64,000 bases of DNA from Gammaproteobacteria bacterium (lineage in GTDB: Bacteria > Pseudomonadota > Gammaproteobacteria > Burkholderiales > Burkholderiaceae_C): the NCBI GenBank assembly GCA_018820395.1, contig JAHJOG010000032.1:15276-79275 (forward strand). The letters are read 5' to 3'. The notes under the pieces are model-generated. The model saw nothing but the letters and a program-made list of their open reading frames with translations. It ran no database searches and had not been told where the DNA came from. The translations under genes were made by a program, and so were the position numbers. Of the stretch, positions 35,260 through 44,747 are shown one piece after another. Each line of letters begins with the position of its first letter. The first letter of the stretch is position 1.

Positions 35260-38200
35260 CAATTGGCTCCCTGACCTTGTTCGAAGTGCGCCCACGCGGT
35301 GCGGTAGTCGGCCTCGCGGTCGGCCAGTGCGAAGGGGGCGACGTATTGGATGGTGCGGTCCACCGGGCCGTCGGGCAGGGTGTCGTCGCGCACGGTGCGC
35401 TCGATGACAGTGCCGGCCGGTGTGTGCTGCTTGCCATTCTTGGGCTGCACGTCTTCCCAGCCAAGGCGACGTACTTCGGTGCGGCCGTCGGGGTAGCGCA
35501 CCGCGCAGTGCCGGTCGTTGCGGCCGGCCTTGCGCGGCAGGCCAATGCCCACTAGGCCTTTGCTGGAGGTGAACACGATGCGTCCGCCGGCGTCGTACCA
35601 GGTGTCGCGCTCGTACTGGCGCATCACCGGGAACTGCACACGGTAGATCGTGAGCAGTTCGTCCAGCGTCAGGCCCAGGGCCTGGGCTGCCAGTACGTCG
35701 ATCTCAACCAAGAGTTGGCGGCGGGCGTAGTCAGTGCGCAATGCGCAATGGCGATGCCAAGTGGGCTGCAGCGCAGCGAAGAAACTTGCTGGTAGGCGGG
35801 TGTCGGTGCTGGTCCACGAATCGTTTCGGAATCGCGGATCCCAGGCCGCCTGCCAGACGCCAGCCCAGTGCGTGGTCAGGCAGTTGAGGCTGAGTGCGCG
35901 CACACACAACTGGGGCGTTCCTGCGAGCAGGGGCATCAGGCTGGCCGTAGCGTTCCGGAAGTCCTTCTTCCCCGACACGCGGACGAAGAAGTCGAAGGGC
36001 AACGAGGCCCAGTAGCCGGCTGCTGGCACGAGTGCGCTGCTGTCCTTAATCGCGACCGAGAAGACTCCATCGATATGCGCGAACCCGGGCGGCAGCAGGA
36101 CCGGGCGCACCGACCGCTCGTCGCCTGGGTGCGCGCCGCGACGCGAGGCCACGCGAACATAGGCGGTCACTGGCTTCGGACGCGTTTCGCCTACCTCCAG
36201 CCAACCTACTCGACTTGTGCGCGCGACGTACTGTTGCTCAACCAACGCTGGCACATAGTTGCTCCGCGGCAGGTAGTCATCCGGCACCGCGTCGAGGTCG
36301 ATCACGTCGTAGTGGCTGTTCTGTCTGCACACAGCGCGCGGCGTCTTGTTCAGCGGGTTGCCAACAAAAAAGTGCGGACCGGAGAGGACGAACTGGGCGG
36401 GCGAGGTCACGAAGTCGGTCTGGCGACGAATAGTGCCGTCGCGCTGTGCCCCTGTCTCGTGCCACATCTCCAGCGTGAAGTAGTCGTCCTTCAGGTCACC
36501 CAGCCGCCGTGGCACCTGGGCAAACTTCTCCAGCACTGACACCAACTCGCGGCTGTGCACCGCCGGCAGGCGGGCCTGCGCTGCGGGCGTGTCGGCCGTG
36601 TCGTAGAGCTTGGCAAATGTGCCAAGCAGCGCCTGGTCCACGTTGATCACGCGGCTAGCGTGGCCGTCAATGTTCCATCCGCCCGCGTCGCGCTTGATGC
36701 CGGGTGTGGTGCCGCCGCCAGGGTGCTGCTGGCTCGTATCGACCGTAGCCGGCGCGAACACATTGGCCATGTGGCGGAATTGCGGTGCGGAGCGCGGTTC
36801 GCCGTACAGGTTGATGCTGAACTTGGTGTTGTGGTGAACCTCGGCAAACAGCGTCAGCTGGTTCTCGAACTGGTAGTGCGCTCGCAACCGCGGATACGCC
36901 GACGCCCGCAACTCGCCGCCTTTGGGGTCGTCGTACACACCCTCAGGGTGGAGCAGCCCCTGCACGCCACCGCCAACGCGCCACGCCACCGGCAGGAAGC
37001 ATTTGTAGAGATTACTCTGCTGGCCCTTGAGCAGCGGGAAGTTCTGCACTGCATTGAGGAAGGCGGCAAGCCCTTCGGTGGTGATGCATTCGTTCACGTA
37101 ATCAGCCCGCGCCGCCAACGCGCCGTCGAACACCGCTTCGCGCTGGCTGGCTGTCTCCTGAGCGCTAAGGCGGCGAATCGCAAATCGCGGATCGAAGTCA
37201 GACAGCAGTGCCTGCTCATTCCATTCCACCTTGATCCAGGGCGGATTTCCCAGCACTAGATCGAAGCCCTTCCGTGCCTTGAACTGATCGGCAAACTCCA
37301 ACTCCCAGTGGAAGAAGTGCTGTGCCTGCGCCACCTGCTGCGCGCACTTCAGCGTTGGCAGCGCGGCCACGAGCGCATCGATATCCACTTGCCCGTAGCG
37401 ATCACGCTCAGGCGTGAAGTCCAGCGTGGATTGCGGCAGCGTCTCGGGGAAGAAGTCACCCGCCGGCGGTGCCTCGACCAGCGAGGCGTTGCCCAACAGC
37501 AAGGTTTCTAGCATGAACCACCATTCCTCCCGAGTGGGCAGGTGCGTCGCTTCGCCCAAGGGCCAGAACCACAGCGCGGACCACAGGTCCATCGCCAGCT
37601 TCAGCCGCCTGTAGGGGCTGGCATTTTTGACCTGTTCCGACAGCATCTCGCGCTGAAAGGTGGCGTCCTTCTGTGCGGTCGTGGTGGGCGCTCGGTTGGG
37701 CGCCGGATCGGGCCACACGTGGAGTTCATCGCTGGTGGCCTTGCGCACGCGCGCCAGTTCCAGCGCGTGCTGCTGCCAAAGGGCCTCGGCGGCTACGGTT
37801 AACGACTTTGCTCGGCGCACCTCGTCAGGCGTCAGTGGCGAAATGAAGTCCGAGCGCCACTTTTTAAAAGTCTCGAAGGCCTTCGGCTCCAACGCCTTGA
37901 CCACCTTGTCGGTGAAGCTGGCCATACCGTCGGCCGGCAGCACGAAATGGAAGACATCACTGTCTGCGGGTGAGGCAGTCATGACCACCGCACGCGGCAC
38001 AGCCGCGCGCCAGTCGTGTTCGGGCACGCCCTTCTCACCTCGGCCTGGCGTGAGCTGGGCGGCGCTGAATACATCGCGCCGGGCACCCACCAACGAGTTG
38101 CCTTTGCGCAACTGCATGCCGAACCACGGCACGTGGCTACCCTTGAAGATGGCGTTCAGCCACAACGACACCTCGGCCAGTTCCACGGCTACAGGGTTCA

Positions 38201-40232
38201 AGTCAACGCCGAAGACGTTGTTGTCAGCGATGAACATCTTCACCCGCTGCTTCTCTTCCGTGTACTGGTCGTGCGAGATGGTCTGGCCCAGTTGCTTTTG
38301 TTTGGCCTGTAGGTAGGCCTCAGCCAGCTGGTTGATGGCCTCATTCAAAAACGCCGCGCTGCCCATGGCAGGCTCGCAGACGGTGAGTTTCAGAATGTCG
38401 TCGGCCGTCTGGCAGGTCGGCAGCAGCTCCTTCAGCGCGTGCTCCACCAGGCACCTGGTCAGCACTTCGGGCGTGTAGTACGAAGCTGACTTTTCCCGCG
38501 TCCGGCCAGCCAGGCGGTAGATGAACGTGCCCTTTTTGTACTGGCGCGGCTCGCCGCCGAACAGGCGCTCGGCGTCGGTGTACTGATTGATCTTGCTGGC
38601 TGGAACGAAGTAGGCCGCGTCCAGCGGGTCCACCTCGGCATCCTTCTTCTTCTCGGCGGCAGTGGGCGCGGGTTGCTCGTCGTCGTCGCCATCGTTACCG
38701 GCTTCAACTTCCCCATCACCACCTTCGATCTCGCCATCTTCACCCTCTGCAGCCGGTTTCTCCTTCTTGCGCTTCGGGTCGGGCCGCACCTCGTACAGAT
38801 CGTCCTCGGCGAAAAAGCCGCGGAACGACAGCAGCGCTTCGTACACCGCGCCTAGCTGGTTGATGCCTAGCGTGCCGTAGCTGATGCGGCCTCGACTGCT
38901 TTTCCCGCTCTTTCCACCGCCTTCGCGCGACAACGACATCAGGCGGACTACTTTCTGCAGCACCTTGTTGCGCAGCTTCACGGTGCCCAGTAGAGGGGTC
39001 TGCTTGGGGTCGAACAGGTGGCCTTGCAGTGGGGCGATGGTGAACCCGGTGTCCAGCAGCTGGTCGGCGCTGCCCAGCAACTCGTCCTGCTGTCCACCTT
39101 GGGTGCCACGCTTGGGGAAGCCTTCCCAGATCAGCAAGAAGAGCTGCTTCAGGCTTTCGTGAAAGTAGGTGCCTTCCTGCGATTCGGCCGTGGTGAGCGG
39201 CATTTGCTCCAGCTCACGCAGGTGCTCCAGGCTGTAGCCCTTGAGGTAGGTTTCGGCCGTGATCGGCGCGTAGCCCAAGTCCGGCCGCGCCTCGATGTAG
39301 AAGAGGAAAAGCAGCCGGTACATGTAGCGCAGGCATTCGCGACTGAGTTGGTCGGCCAGGTCGATGTCGTTGCGATCGAAGACCTTTTCCTTGGCGACTT
39401 CGCGCTTGTAGCGGACGGCTTCGTTGCCGATCGCTTCGATGCATTCGCGCAGTGCGTACTTCAGGTCGGTGGAGACTTCGAACGCGTGCTTGTGCGAGCT
39501 GTCGTCCAGCGTGTCGAGCATGGCCGTGCCGCCGGATGCCGGCAGCACCGAGTCGGCGCCGGCCAGCGCGGCGAAGGCGCGGAACTGCTTTTCGTCGCGC
39601 GGGCCGAAGAGTTCCGGCAGGTTGAAGCTGAGCAGGGCCTTGCGACCCCACTTGCCGCGCTCGATGAGCAGCCAGGTTTCATGGTGCACCAACAGCACCC
39701 AACGCGGCGGCGTGTCGTCACTGAACACGGCTTTGGTGAGCACCTCTTCCCAGTCGGATTGGCTCGCCTTGCCATCCGTGTTGAGCGGCGGGCACCGCAG
39801 AGGATGCGCCTCTTCGTCGCCTGGGGCGGCGGGTGGGGCTACAGCGGCGGCGATCACGAGTAATGGGTGAGCTTTGGCGTCGCGGTACACGGCCAGCACG
39901 GGCGGGCTGCTGTCCGCCAGCTCCAGTGTCTGGGGTGCTGTTTCGTAGCCAATGGCTTGTAGCAGCGGCTGCACCAGGTCGATCAGCAGCGGCATGCGGT
40001 CTGCCAACTTGCGCTCGGCCAGGAAGCGATCGCGGGCGCGGAAGTAGGCGGCGCCACCGGCAGTGCGCAGGCGTGAAACGGGGCTCGCTGAGCCTTGCTC
40101 CTTCCAGCGGTCGAACAATGGCTTGAGGTCGCGTTCAACGATCTCGTCCAGGTAGTGTTGGCTGTAGAACTCGTTGGCGTTTTCCAGCCCGGTGATGGCG
40201 AAGCTCATGGTGGTTCGTGCCTGTTTCGGCAA
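35259..40232 (-). CDS. Large (1657 aa) gamma-class N6-adenine DNA methyltransferase, Eco57I/type IIG-like (DrmMI-like)
   Basis: Motif I 'VCEPAMGSAAFLNEAINQL' and motif IV 'DLVLGNPPWIKVEW'. Acidic Gly/Asp/Glu-rich insert. Abuts the SNF2 gene with a 0-nt gap. Confidence 0.9.
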   Translation of the reverse strand: MPKQARTTMSFAITGLENANEFYSQHYLDEIVERDLKPLFDRWKEQGSASPVSRLRTAGGAAYFRARDRFLAERKLADRMPLLIDLVQPLLQAIGYETAPQTLELADSSPPVLAVYRDAKAHPLLVIAAAVAPPAAPGDEEAHPLRCPPLNTDGKASQSDWEEVLTKAVFSDDTPPRWVLLVHHETWLLIERGKWGRKALLSFNLPELFGPRDEKQFRAFAALAGADSVLPASGGTAMLDTLDDSSHKHAFEVSTDLKYALRECIEAIGNEAVRYKREVAKEKVFDRNDIDLADQLSRECLRYMYRLLFLFYIEARPDLGYAPITAETYLKGYSLEHLRELEQMPLTTAESQEGTYFHESLKQLFLLIWEGFPKRGTQGGQQDELLGSADQLLDTGFTIAPLQGHLFDPKQTPLLGTVKLRNKVLQKVVRLMSLSREGGGKSGKSSRGRISYGTLGINQLGAVYEALLSFRGFFAEDDLYEVRPDPKRKKEKPAAEGEDGEIEGGDGEVEAGNDGDDDEQPAPTAAEKKKDAEVDPLDAAYFVPASKINQYTDAERLFGGEPRQYKKGTFIYRLAGRTREKSASYYTPEVLTRCLVEHALKELLPTCQTADDILKLTVCEPAMGSAAFLNEAINQLAEAYLQAKQKQLGQTISHDQYTEEKQRVKMFIADNNVFGVDLNPVAVELAEVSLWLNAIFKGSHVPWFGMQLRKGNSLVGARRDVFSAAQLTPGRGEKGVPEHDWRAAVPRAVVMTASPADSDVFHFVLPADGMASFTDKVVKALEPKAFETFKKWRSDFISPLTPDEVRRAKSLTVAAEALWQQHALELARVRKATSDELHVWPDPAPNRAPTTTAQKDATFQREMLSEQVKNASPYRRLKLAMDLWSALWFWPLGEATHLPTREEWWFMLETLLLGNASLVEAPPAGDFFPETLPQSTLDFTPERDRYGQVDIDALVAALPTLKCAQQVAQAQHFFHWELEFADQFKARKGFDLVLGNPPWIKVEWNEQALLSDFDPRFAIRRLSAQETASQREAVFDGALAARADYVNECITTEGLAAFLNAVQNFPLLKGQQSNLYKCFLPVAWRVGGGVQGLLHPEGVYDDPKGGELRASAYPRLRAHYQFENQLTLFAEVHHNTKFSINLYGEPRSAPQFRHMANVFAPATVDTSQQHPGGGTTPGIKRDAGGWNIDGHASRVINVDQALLGTFAKLYDTADTPAAQARLPAVHSRELVSVLEKFAQVPRRLGDLKDDYFTLEMWHETGAQRDGTIRRQTDFVTSPAQFVLSGPHFFVGNPLNKTPRAVCRQNSHYDVIDLDAVPDDYLPRSNYVPALVEQQYVARTSRVGWLEVGETRPKPVTAYVRVASRRGAHPGDERSVRPVLLPPGFAHIDGVFSVAIKDSSALVPAAGYWASLPFDFFVRVSGKKDFRNATASLMPLLAGTPQLCVRALSLNCLTTHWAGVWQAAWDPRFRNDSWTSTDTRLPASFFAALQPTWHRHCALRTDYARRQLLVEIDVLAAQALGLTLDELLTIYRVQFPVMRQYERDTWYDAGGRIVFTSSKGLVGIGLPRKAGRNDRHCAVRYPDGRTEVRRLGWEDVQPKNGKQHTPAGTVIERTVRDDTLPDGPVDRTIQYVAPFALADREADYRTAWAHFEQGQGAN

Positions 40233-43118
40233 TCAGGCGGCTAGAACGGCCACGATGGTGATCTGGGCGCGGTCATCCAGCTCCAGCGTGTCCTTGATCC
40301 ACTGTTGGTAGTTCTTGAACAGGTCGGCGGTGTCGTTTTCGAGCTGCTTGCGGCGTGCGGCATTGACCTGTTCGATACCCTTGGCGAAGTCCAGCTCCAG
40401 CTGGGTGAAGTGCTTGAGCTCCAGCGTCTTGAGCTTGTCCAGCTCGCGGCCCAAGCGCGCGCGGCAGTCGGCGTCGAACGCCTGCTTGATGGGCTTGAGG
40501 TGGCGCTCGGCGGTCTGCACCGCTGCAGGCAGTGCCGCTTGGATGTGCGCCAAGGGGATAGCTTGACCATCGTTCGCCAGCGATGCGGCTCCAAAGCCCG
40601 TGCGCTGCATGACTTCGTCGAGAGTCAGCACGGCCTGGGTCTGACCGGCAGCGTTGAGGTGCACGCCCATCCACTGTGTCAGCATCGTCTGCCCGCGCCG
40701 GTTGGGCGCCTGGGCCAGCACCACCACGATGGCTTCGTCGGCCGAAATGCCTTGCTGCACGCGGATGGCGGGCGCGCTCATCCGCTTGAACAGGCCCATC
40801 AGCTTGTAGTCCAGCCATTGGCTGATGGGGTGCAGTGGCCACAGGTAGTGCACCTGCGGCCAGGCGCTGGCATCACGGGCCTGCTGGATGGCGGCGTCCA
40901 CCACCGCCTTGTCGGCACTGAGGGCGAACTGGTTGTCGATGGGCCACATTTCGCTGGCCAGCTCGCGCTTGAGCAAGGGCGCCAAGTCGCTGCTGGGCTG
41001 GAAACTCAGCGTGCGTTTGGCGTCGTCGCTTTGCACGGGGTTGTATTCCCGCGGCGAGGAGCTGCGCAGCCAGGTCAGCGCGTCGCGCAGGTAAGCGTAG
41101 TCGTCCCCGAACAGGCTGGGGACGCTCCCCGTGGGGGCGGATGTGGGCGCGGGCGGCGCAGCCCGCACTGTGGCAGGGCTGGCGTCTTGAACCATTGGCG
41201 CCGCATCGGCTTGGGCCGCGCCCCAGAGTGCTTCGAAAGGGTCAACGTCGCCTTGGGCCAGTTGCGCTGCAAATGCGTCGGCCGTAGTGTTCGACTCTAT
41301 GGCGGAGGCGACTTTGGCCACCTCCAGCTCTTCGTCGTAGAGCCCCATGAAGGCGGACGGGTCACCGATGTTCTTGGCGGCCTGCTCATCCTTGTCGATC
41401 AGAATCTCCAGGTAGCGCAGGTCACCACGAATGCGCTCGTGCTGAGGCACAGTCAGCATGTAGCCGATCTTGGGCACCTGCAGCTGTCCGTAACGGTCCA
41501 CCCGGCCGTTGCGCTGCTGGAAGACCATCAGCGACCAGGAAATGTCGAAATGGATGAGTCGGTGCGACTGGTAGTGCAGGTTCAGTCCCTCTGAGGCCAC
41601 GTCCGAAGCAATCAGCAGGCGCAGCGGTGCATGCGCGCTGCCAAACGCCCTGACGGTGGCCTGAATGTCCACATCGGGTAACTGGCCGTGCAGCACCGCC
41701 ACCGCGTCGGCTGACAGACCCAGAGCCTTGGACAGTTCGGCCTGCAGGAACTTGAGCGTCTCGATGCGCTCGGTAAAGAGCACCAGACGATCGGACGGAT
41801 CGCGACTGTCCCACTTCCAATGGGCACCGGAACGCAACTGGTCGATCAGGTGCTGGAACTTGCTGAACTCTGCGGGGCCAATGGCTGCGACCAGATCTTG
41901 CAGTTCGCTCAGGGCTGCGATGTCGGGGTGCGCGGCATCCTTGGCCTGGAGCTTGCGCAGACGCTCCTTCAAGGTCTGCAGGCAAGCTGCCGGAGACGAG
42001 AACAGCGCCTTCTCCAGCGTGGTGCGGAACAACATCGCGCCGTCGCGCGGTTGCCCCGCATCGGACGCGAGTTTCAACTCGCCCAGGCAGTTGAAGGCCG
42101 CGTTCTCGGCCGCGCTGGCCGGGCGCTCCAGGCGAAAGACTTCGCGCTCAGGGAAGTCCTGGCGCATCTGGTCCTTCACGTCCTTCTTGAATCGGCGCAC
42201 GAAGAGGTGCGCCACGTCGTCGCGCGTGTAGTCCGCACCGGCCGGCAGCACGGTCGGGTCCAGCATGCGCATCAGGCTGGCGAAGCTGTCGCGTTTGCCG
42301 TTGTGCGGGGTGGCGGTCAGCAGCACCAGCGCGTCTGACCGCGTGGCCAGCAGGCCTGCCAGGCGGTTGCTTTGCGTGCGATTGCCCTTGTACGAGACGT
42401 TGTGCGCCTCATCAATGAGGATGAGATCCCACCAGGCCTTTTCCAGGTAGTGCCGGTACTCGCTGTCGCGCTTGAGAGTGTCGACCGAGATGATCGTGCG
42501 GTCGAAGTAGTTGAACGGGTTGTGGTTCGCCGGGATTTCGCGCCGGATGCGCTGGATGCCGGCCGAATCCAGCCGCGTCAACGAGATGGTGAAGCGGTTC
42601 CAGAACTCCTGCTGAAACTGCAGCATCATGCTCTTGGTGGTTACCACCAGCACCCGCCTGGCCTTGCCGCGGCGCATCAACTCGGCGGTAAGGATGCCGG
42701 CCTCTAGCGTCTTGCCCAACCCGACGGTGTCAGCGATCAGCAGCCGCGGCCTCAGTTGGCGCAGGACCTGGTGGGCTGGCACCAGCTGGAACGGCAGGGC
42801 ATCCATCACGGCCTTGTGGCCCTGAACGATGGCTTCGCCTTGGAGGGCCGACTGCCGCAACTTGGACTCGACGTAGAGGCGCGAAGCGATGAAGCTCGGA
42901 GACTCGTCGAATACCAGCTCGGTCTTGGCCGGATCGATGAGGGTCACTTCCTCCAGCTGGGACAGGAAAAGCGCCCGGCGGTTGCGGACGGTCTCGGAGA
43001 TGCCGATACAGCTGAGCTGCCAACCGCCCAGTTGACAGACATCGGCGTTTTGGACGATCCATTCCTCGTCGCGGATAAGGGCTCGCGCGCCGGGCGCGGG
43101 GGCCTGTTGCAGTTGCAT
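40233..43118 (-). CDS. SNF2-family ATPase/translocase (DrmD-like)
   Basis: 'LIADTVGLGKTLEAGILTAEL', 'WDLILIDEAHNV', 'LLTATPHNG', 'LIASDVASEGLNLH' and 'QQRNGRVDRYGQ'. First gene of the minus-strand operon, with an AT-richer 263-nt upstream region. Confidence 0.9.
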   Translation of the reverse strand: MQLQQAPAPGARALIRDEEWIVQNADVCQLGGWQLSCIGISETVRNRRALFLSQLEEVTLIDPAKTELVFDESPSFIASRLYVESKLRQSALQGEAIVQGHKAVMDALPFQLVPAHQVLRQLRPRLLIADTVGLGKTLEAGILTAELMRRGKARRVLVVTTKSMMLQFQQEFWNRFTISLTRLDSAGIQRIRREIPANHNPFNYFDRTIISVDTLKRDSEYRHYLEKAWWDLILIDEAHNVSYKGNRTQSNRLAGLLATRSDALVLLTATPHNGKRDSFASLMRMLDPTVLPAGADYTRDDVAHLFVRRFKKDVKDQMRQDFPEREVFRLERPASAAENAAFNCLGELKLASDAGQPRDGAMLFRTTLEKALFSSPAACLQTLKERLRKLQAKDAAHPDIAALSELQDLVAAIGPAEFSKFQHLIDQLRSGAHWKWDSRDPSDRLVLFTERIETLKFLQAELSKALGLSADAVAVLHGQLPDVDIQATVRAFGSAHAPLRLLIASDVASEGLNLHYQSHRLIHFDISWSLMVFQQRNGRVDRYGQLQVPKIGYMLTVPQHERIRGDLRYLEILIDKDEQAAKNIGDPSAFMGLYDEELEVAKVASAIESNTTADAFAAQLAQGDVDPFEALWGAAQADAAPMVQDASPATVRAAPPAPTSAPTGSVPSLFGDDYAYLRDALTWLRSSSPREYNPVQSDDAKRTLSFQPSSDLAPLLKRELASEMWPIDNQFALSADKAVVDAAIQQARDASAWPQVHYLWPLHPISQWLDYKLMGLFKRMSAPAIRVQQGISADEAIVVVLAQAPNRRGQTMLTQWMGVHLNAAGQTQAVLTLDEVMQRTGFGAASLANDGQAIPLAHIQAALPAAVQTAERHLKPIKQAFDADCRARLGRELDKLKTLELKHFTQLELDFAKGIEQVNAARRKQLENDTADLFKNYQQWIKDTLELDDRAQITIVAVLAA

Positions 43119-43162
43119 GAAATTTAGCGCTCGCGTCTGGCGTGAGCTTCTTAGGCGACTTT

Positions 43163-43184
43163 CAATCGATTGTGTCCGATTGTG
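43163..43184. promoter_or_regulatory. Operator-like element upstream of the SNF2 gene
   Basis: A perfect 10-bp palindrome CAATCGATTG (43163-43172) overlaps two direct CGATTGTG copies (43167-43174 and 43177-43184, 10-nt period). Lies 45-66 nt upstream of the start codon at 43118. Confidence 0.3.
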
Positions 43185-43218
43185 ACTTGAACTTAAGCAT
43201 TTGAGCCGAGCATAAAGT

Positions 43219-43233
43219 CCTCAAATTTTGAGG
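43219..43233. promoter_or_regulatory. 15-bp palindrome CCTCAAA-T-TTTGAGG in the same intergenic region
   Basis: Perfect 7-bp arms. Lies between the glycine-zipper gene stop (43382) and the SNF2 start (43118). Could be an operator or a weak terminator stem. Confidence 0.2.
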
Positions 43234-43381
43234 TCCTTCGCATGGTTCCACCATGCTTTTTTGCGGTGTCGCCGATGCGCGCCGGACGTACACTCCGACG
43301 CCGATTGCGTGACCAGTAGAGTCCGTCTGCAATTGGCGTTATCGAATGTCCGCGCGAGCTATTGAAGAAGCGCTTGATGAC

Positions 43382-44302
43382 TTATGCGCAACTGTTATCC
43401 GCAGCCGTCTCCGCGCTCCTCGACAAGAACTCGTCGACAACTACATCCAGGCGCTCCAGTGCCGCAAGTTGCCGCACACCGATTGGCCGCAGACGCAACA
43501 GTGCTCTTGCCTTCTGCATCCAGATGCTCAGAGATCCGAATGGATAGACGATCCGAAGCGCCTTCCTGATCTCATGAACCAGGACATCGCATCGATTGAC
43601 AATCTCGACCTTCTTGTTCTTGGCGGCCGCGACCAGTTCGGGCATCACACGGTTTCGCTCGGCCAACTCAATAATGAGCTCGTCCATCTCCTGCGTGGCA
43701 GCGATCACCGTGTCGGCACTCTTATGGGTGCGCCAAGCCGCGAAACCCACCAGCGGCAGCGCAATGATCCCACCCAGAACTGCGGCTCCGCCGGCCATGC
43801 CTGCACCCCCGGTCGCCAAGGCGCCGCCACCGAACCAGGCCAGCGTAGCGTTGGTTGCCGCCACGCCGCTCAACCCGCCGATGGCAGCGCCGGTGGATGC
43901 GGACCCCAATGAGCTAACTAGCACCCATGAACCAAGGCCCAGCGCACCGCTGGCCGCGGAGCCGACGCCGACACTTAACGCCGCGTCGAACTGCATGTCG
44001 AAGTACCTGATCTTCTCCAGCGCAAATGGCGCGGCAGCCAGGCCACTCTCCGTCGGACGGTCGATGTGTCGACTAAGGGCGCGTCCCGCCTTGTCCAGCC
44101 AAGGCTTCGTCTGCAGAAGGGACAAACCGATGGCACGGGTGTGCGCGTCGATCTCATTTTTGTACCGCTCGAAGCTAGCCTGTAGGGGCTGATACTGCGC
44201 GTATGAAGCCCGGTAGTCCGAGCGGGCCCTGTCAAGCTTACTCTTGCCGCCCAGCGTCGCCACCTCGACCGCGCCATCAACCACGCTCTTAAAAAAGCCC
44301 AT
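43382..44302 (-). CDS. Glycine-zipper membrane protein, function unknown
   Basis: 306 aa. The central 'SVGVGSAASGALGLGSWVLVSSLGSASTGAAIGGLSGVAATNATLAWFGGGALATGGAGMAGGAAVLGGIIALPLVGFAAW' has GxxxG-type zippers, flanked by helical soluble regions. Confidence 0.6.
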   Translation of the reverse strand: MGFFKSVVDGAVEVATLGGKSKLDRARSDYRASYAQYQPLQASFERYKNEIDAHTRAIGLSLLQTKPWLDKAGRALSRHIDRPTESGLAAAPFALEKIRYFDMQFDAALSVGVGSAASGALGLGSWVLVSSLGSASTGAAIGGLSGVAATNATLAWFGGGALATGGAGMAGGAAVLGGIIALPLVGFAAWRTHKSADTVIAATQEMDELIIELAERNRVMPELVAAAKNKKVEIVNRCDVLVHEIRKALRIVYPFGSLSIWMQKARALLRLRPIGVRQLAALERLDVVVDEFLSRSAETAADNSCA

Positions 44303-44747
44303 GCGCTCGCTCTCGATCTTTCCTTCGTCCGTTGGCTACTAGAAATCTGTGGGCGCTTTGCACGAGGGCACCTTATAGGGCTTCTGGTCGTGCCCCTCCG
44401 TAGCGTTGGCAGCAATCTTTCCGAGCCGTTAAAAAATGCCCAGACATCAACCAGATTTAACGCAGCCGCTTCCCAGCTCGGAAGACCGCAGGGGCACGGC
44501 ACATGGCCATACGGCAGATGGTGCGTGGCAGTGCCTCACCGGAGACGCATTCGACGCGCCAGAAGAATTGTTGATCTCGTTGGCAAGCCGAATTTAAACG
44601 TTGAGGACAGCGGCGGGCCGCCATCCTACCGGCCTGCGTCGCGCGAGGGTGATGCGCCTCGGCCTAGCTACGCATTGCGCTGCGGATGCCACGGCTGCAT
44701 GCGAGTTGGTAGCATGCGCATCCCGACTTCCCTGTTGCTCTTCAAAA

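Noticed and set aside
40305-41594. 429-aa plus-strand ORF, and similar long ORFs antisense to the big helicase/MTase genes (e.g. 24496..25347, 26239..27090, 27595..28818, 30883..31662, 33637..34404, 39018..39863)
   Set aside because: They lie entirely inside, and antisense to, ORFs with unambiguous enzyme motifs. They are Arg/Gly/Ala/His/Gln-rich with no motifs. These are typical shadow ORFs of high-GC DNA.
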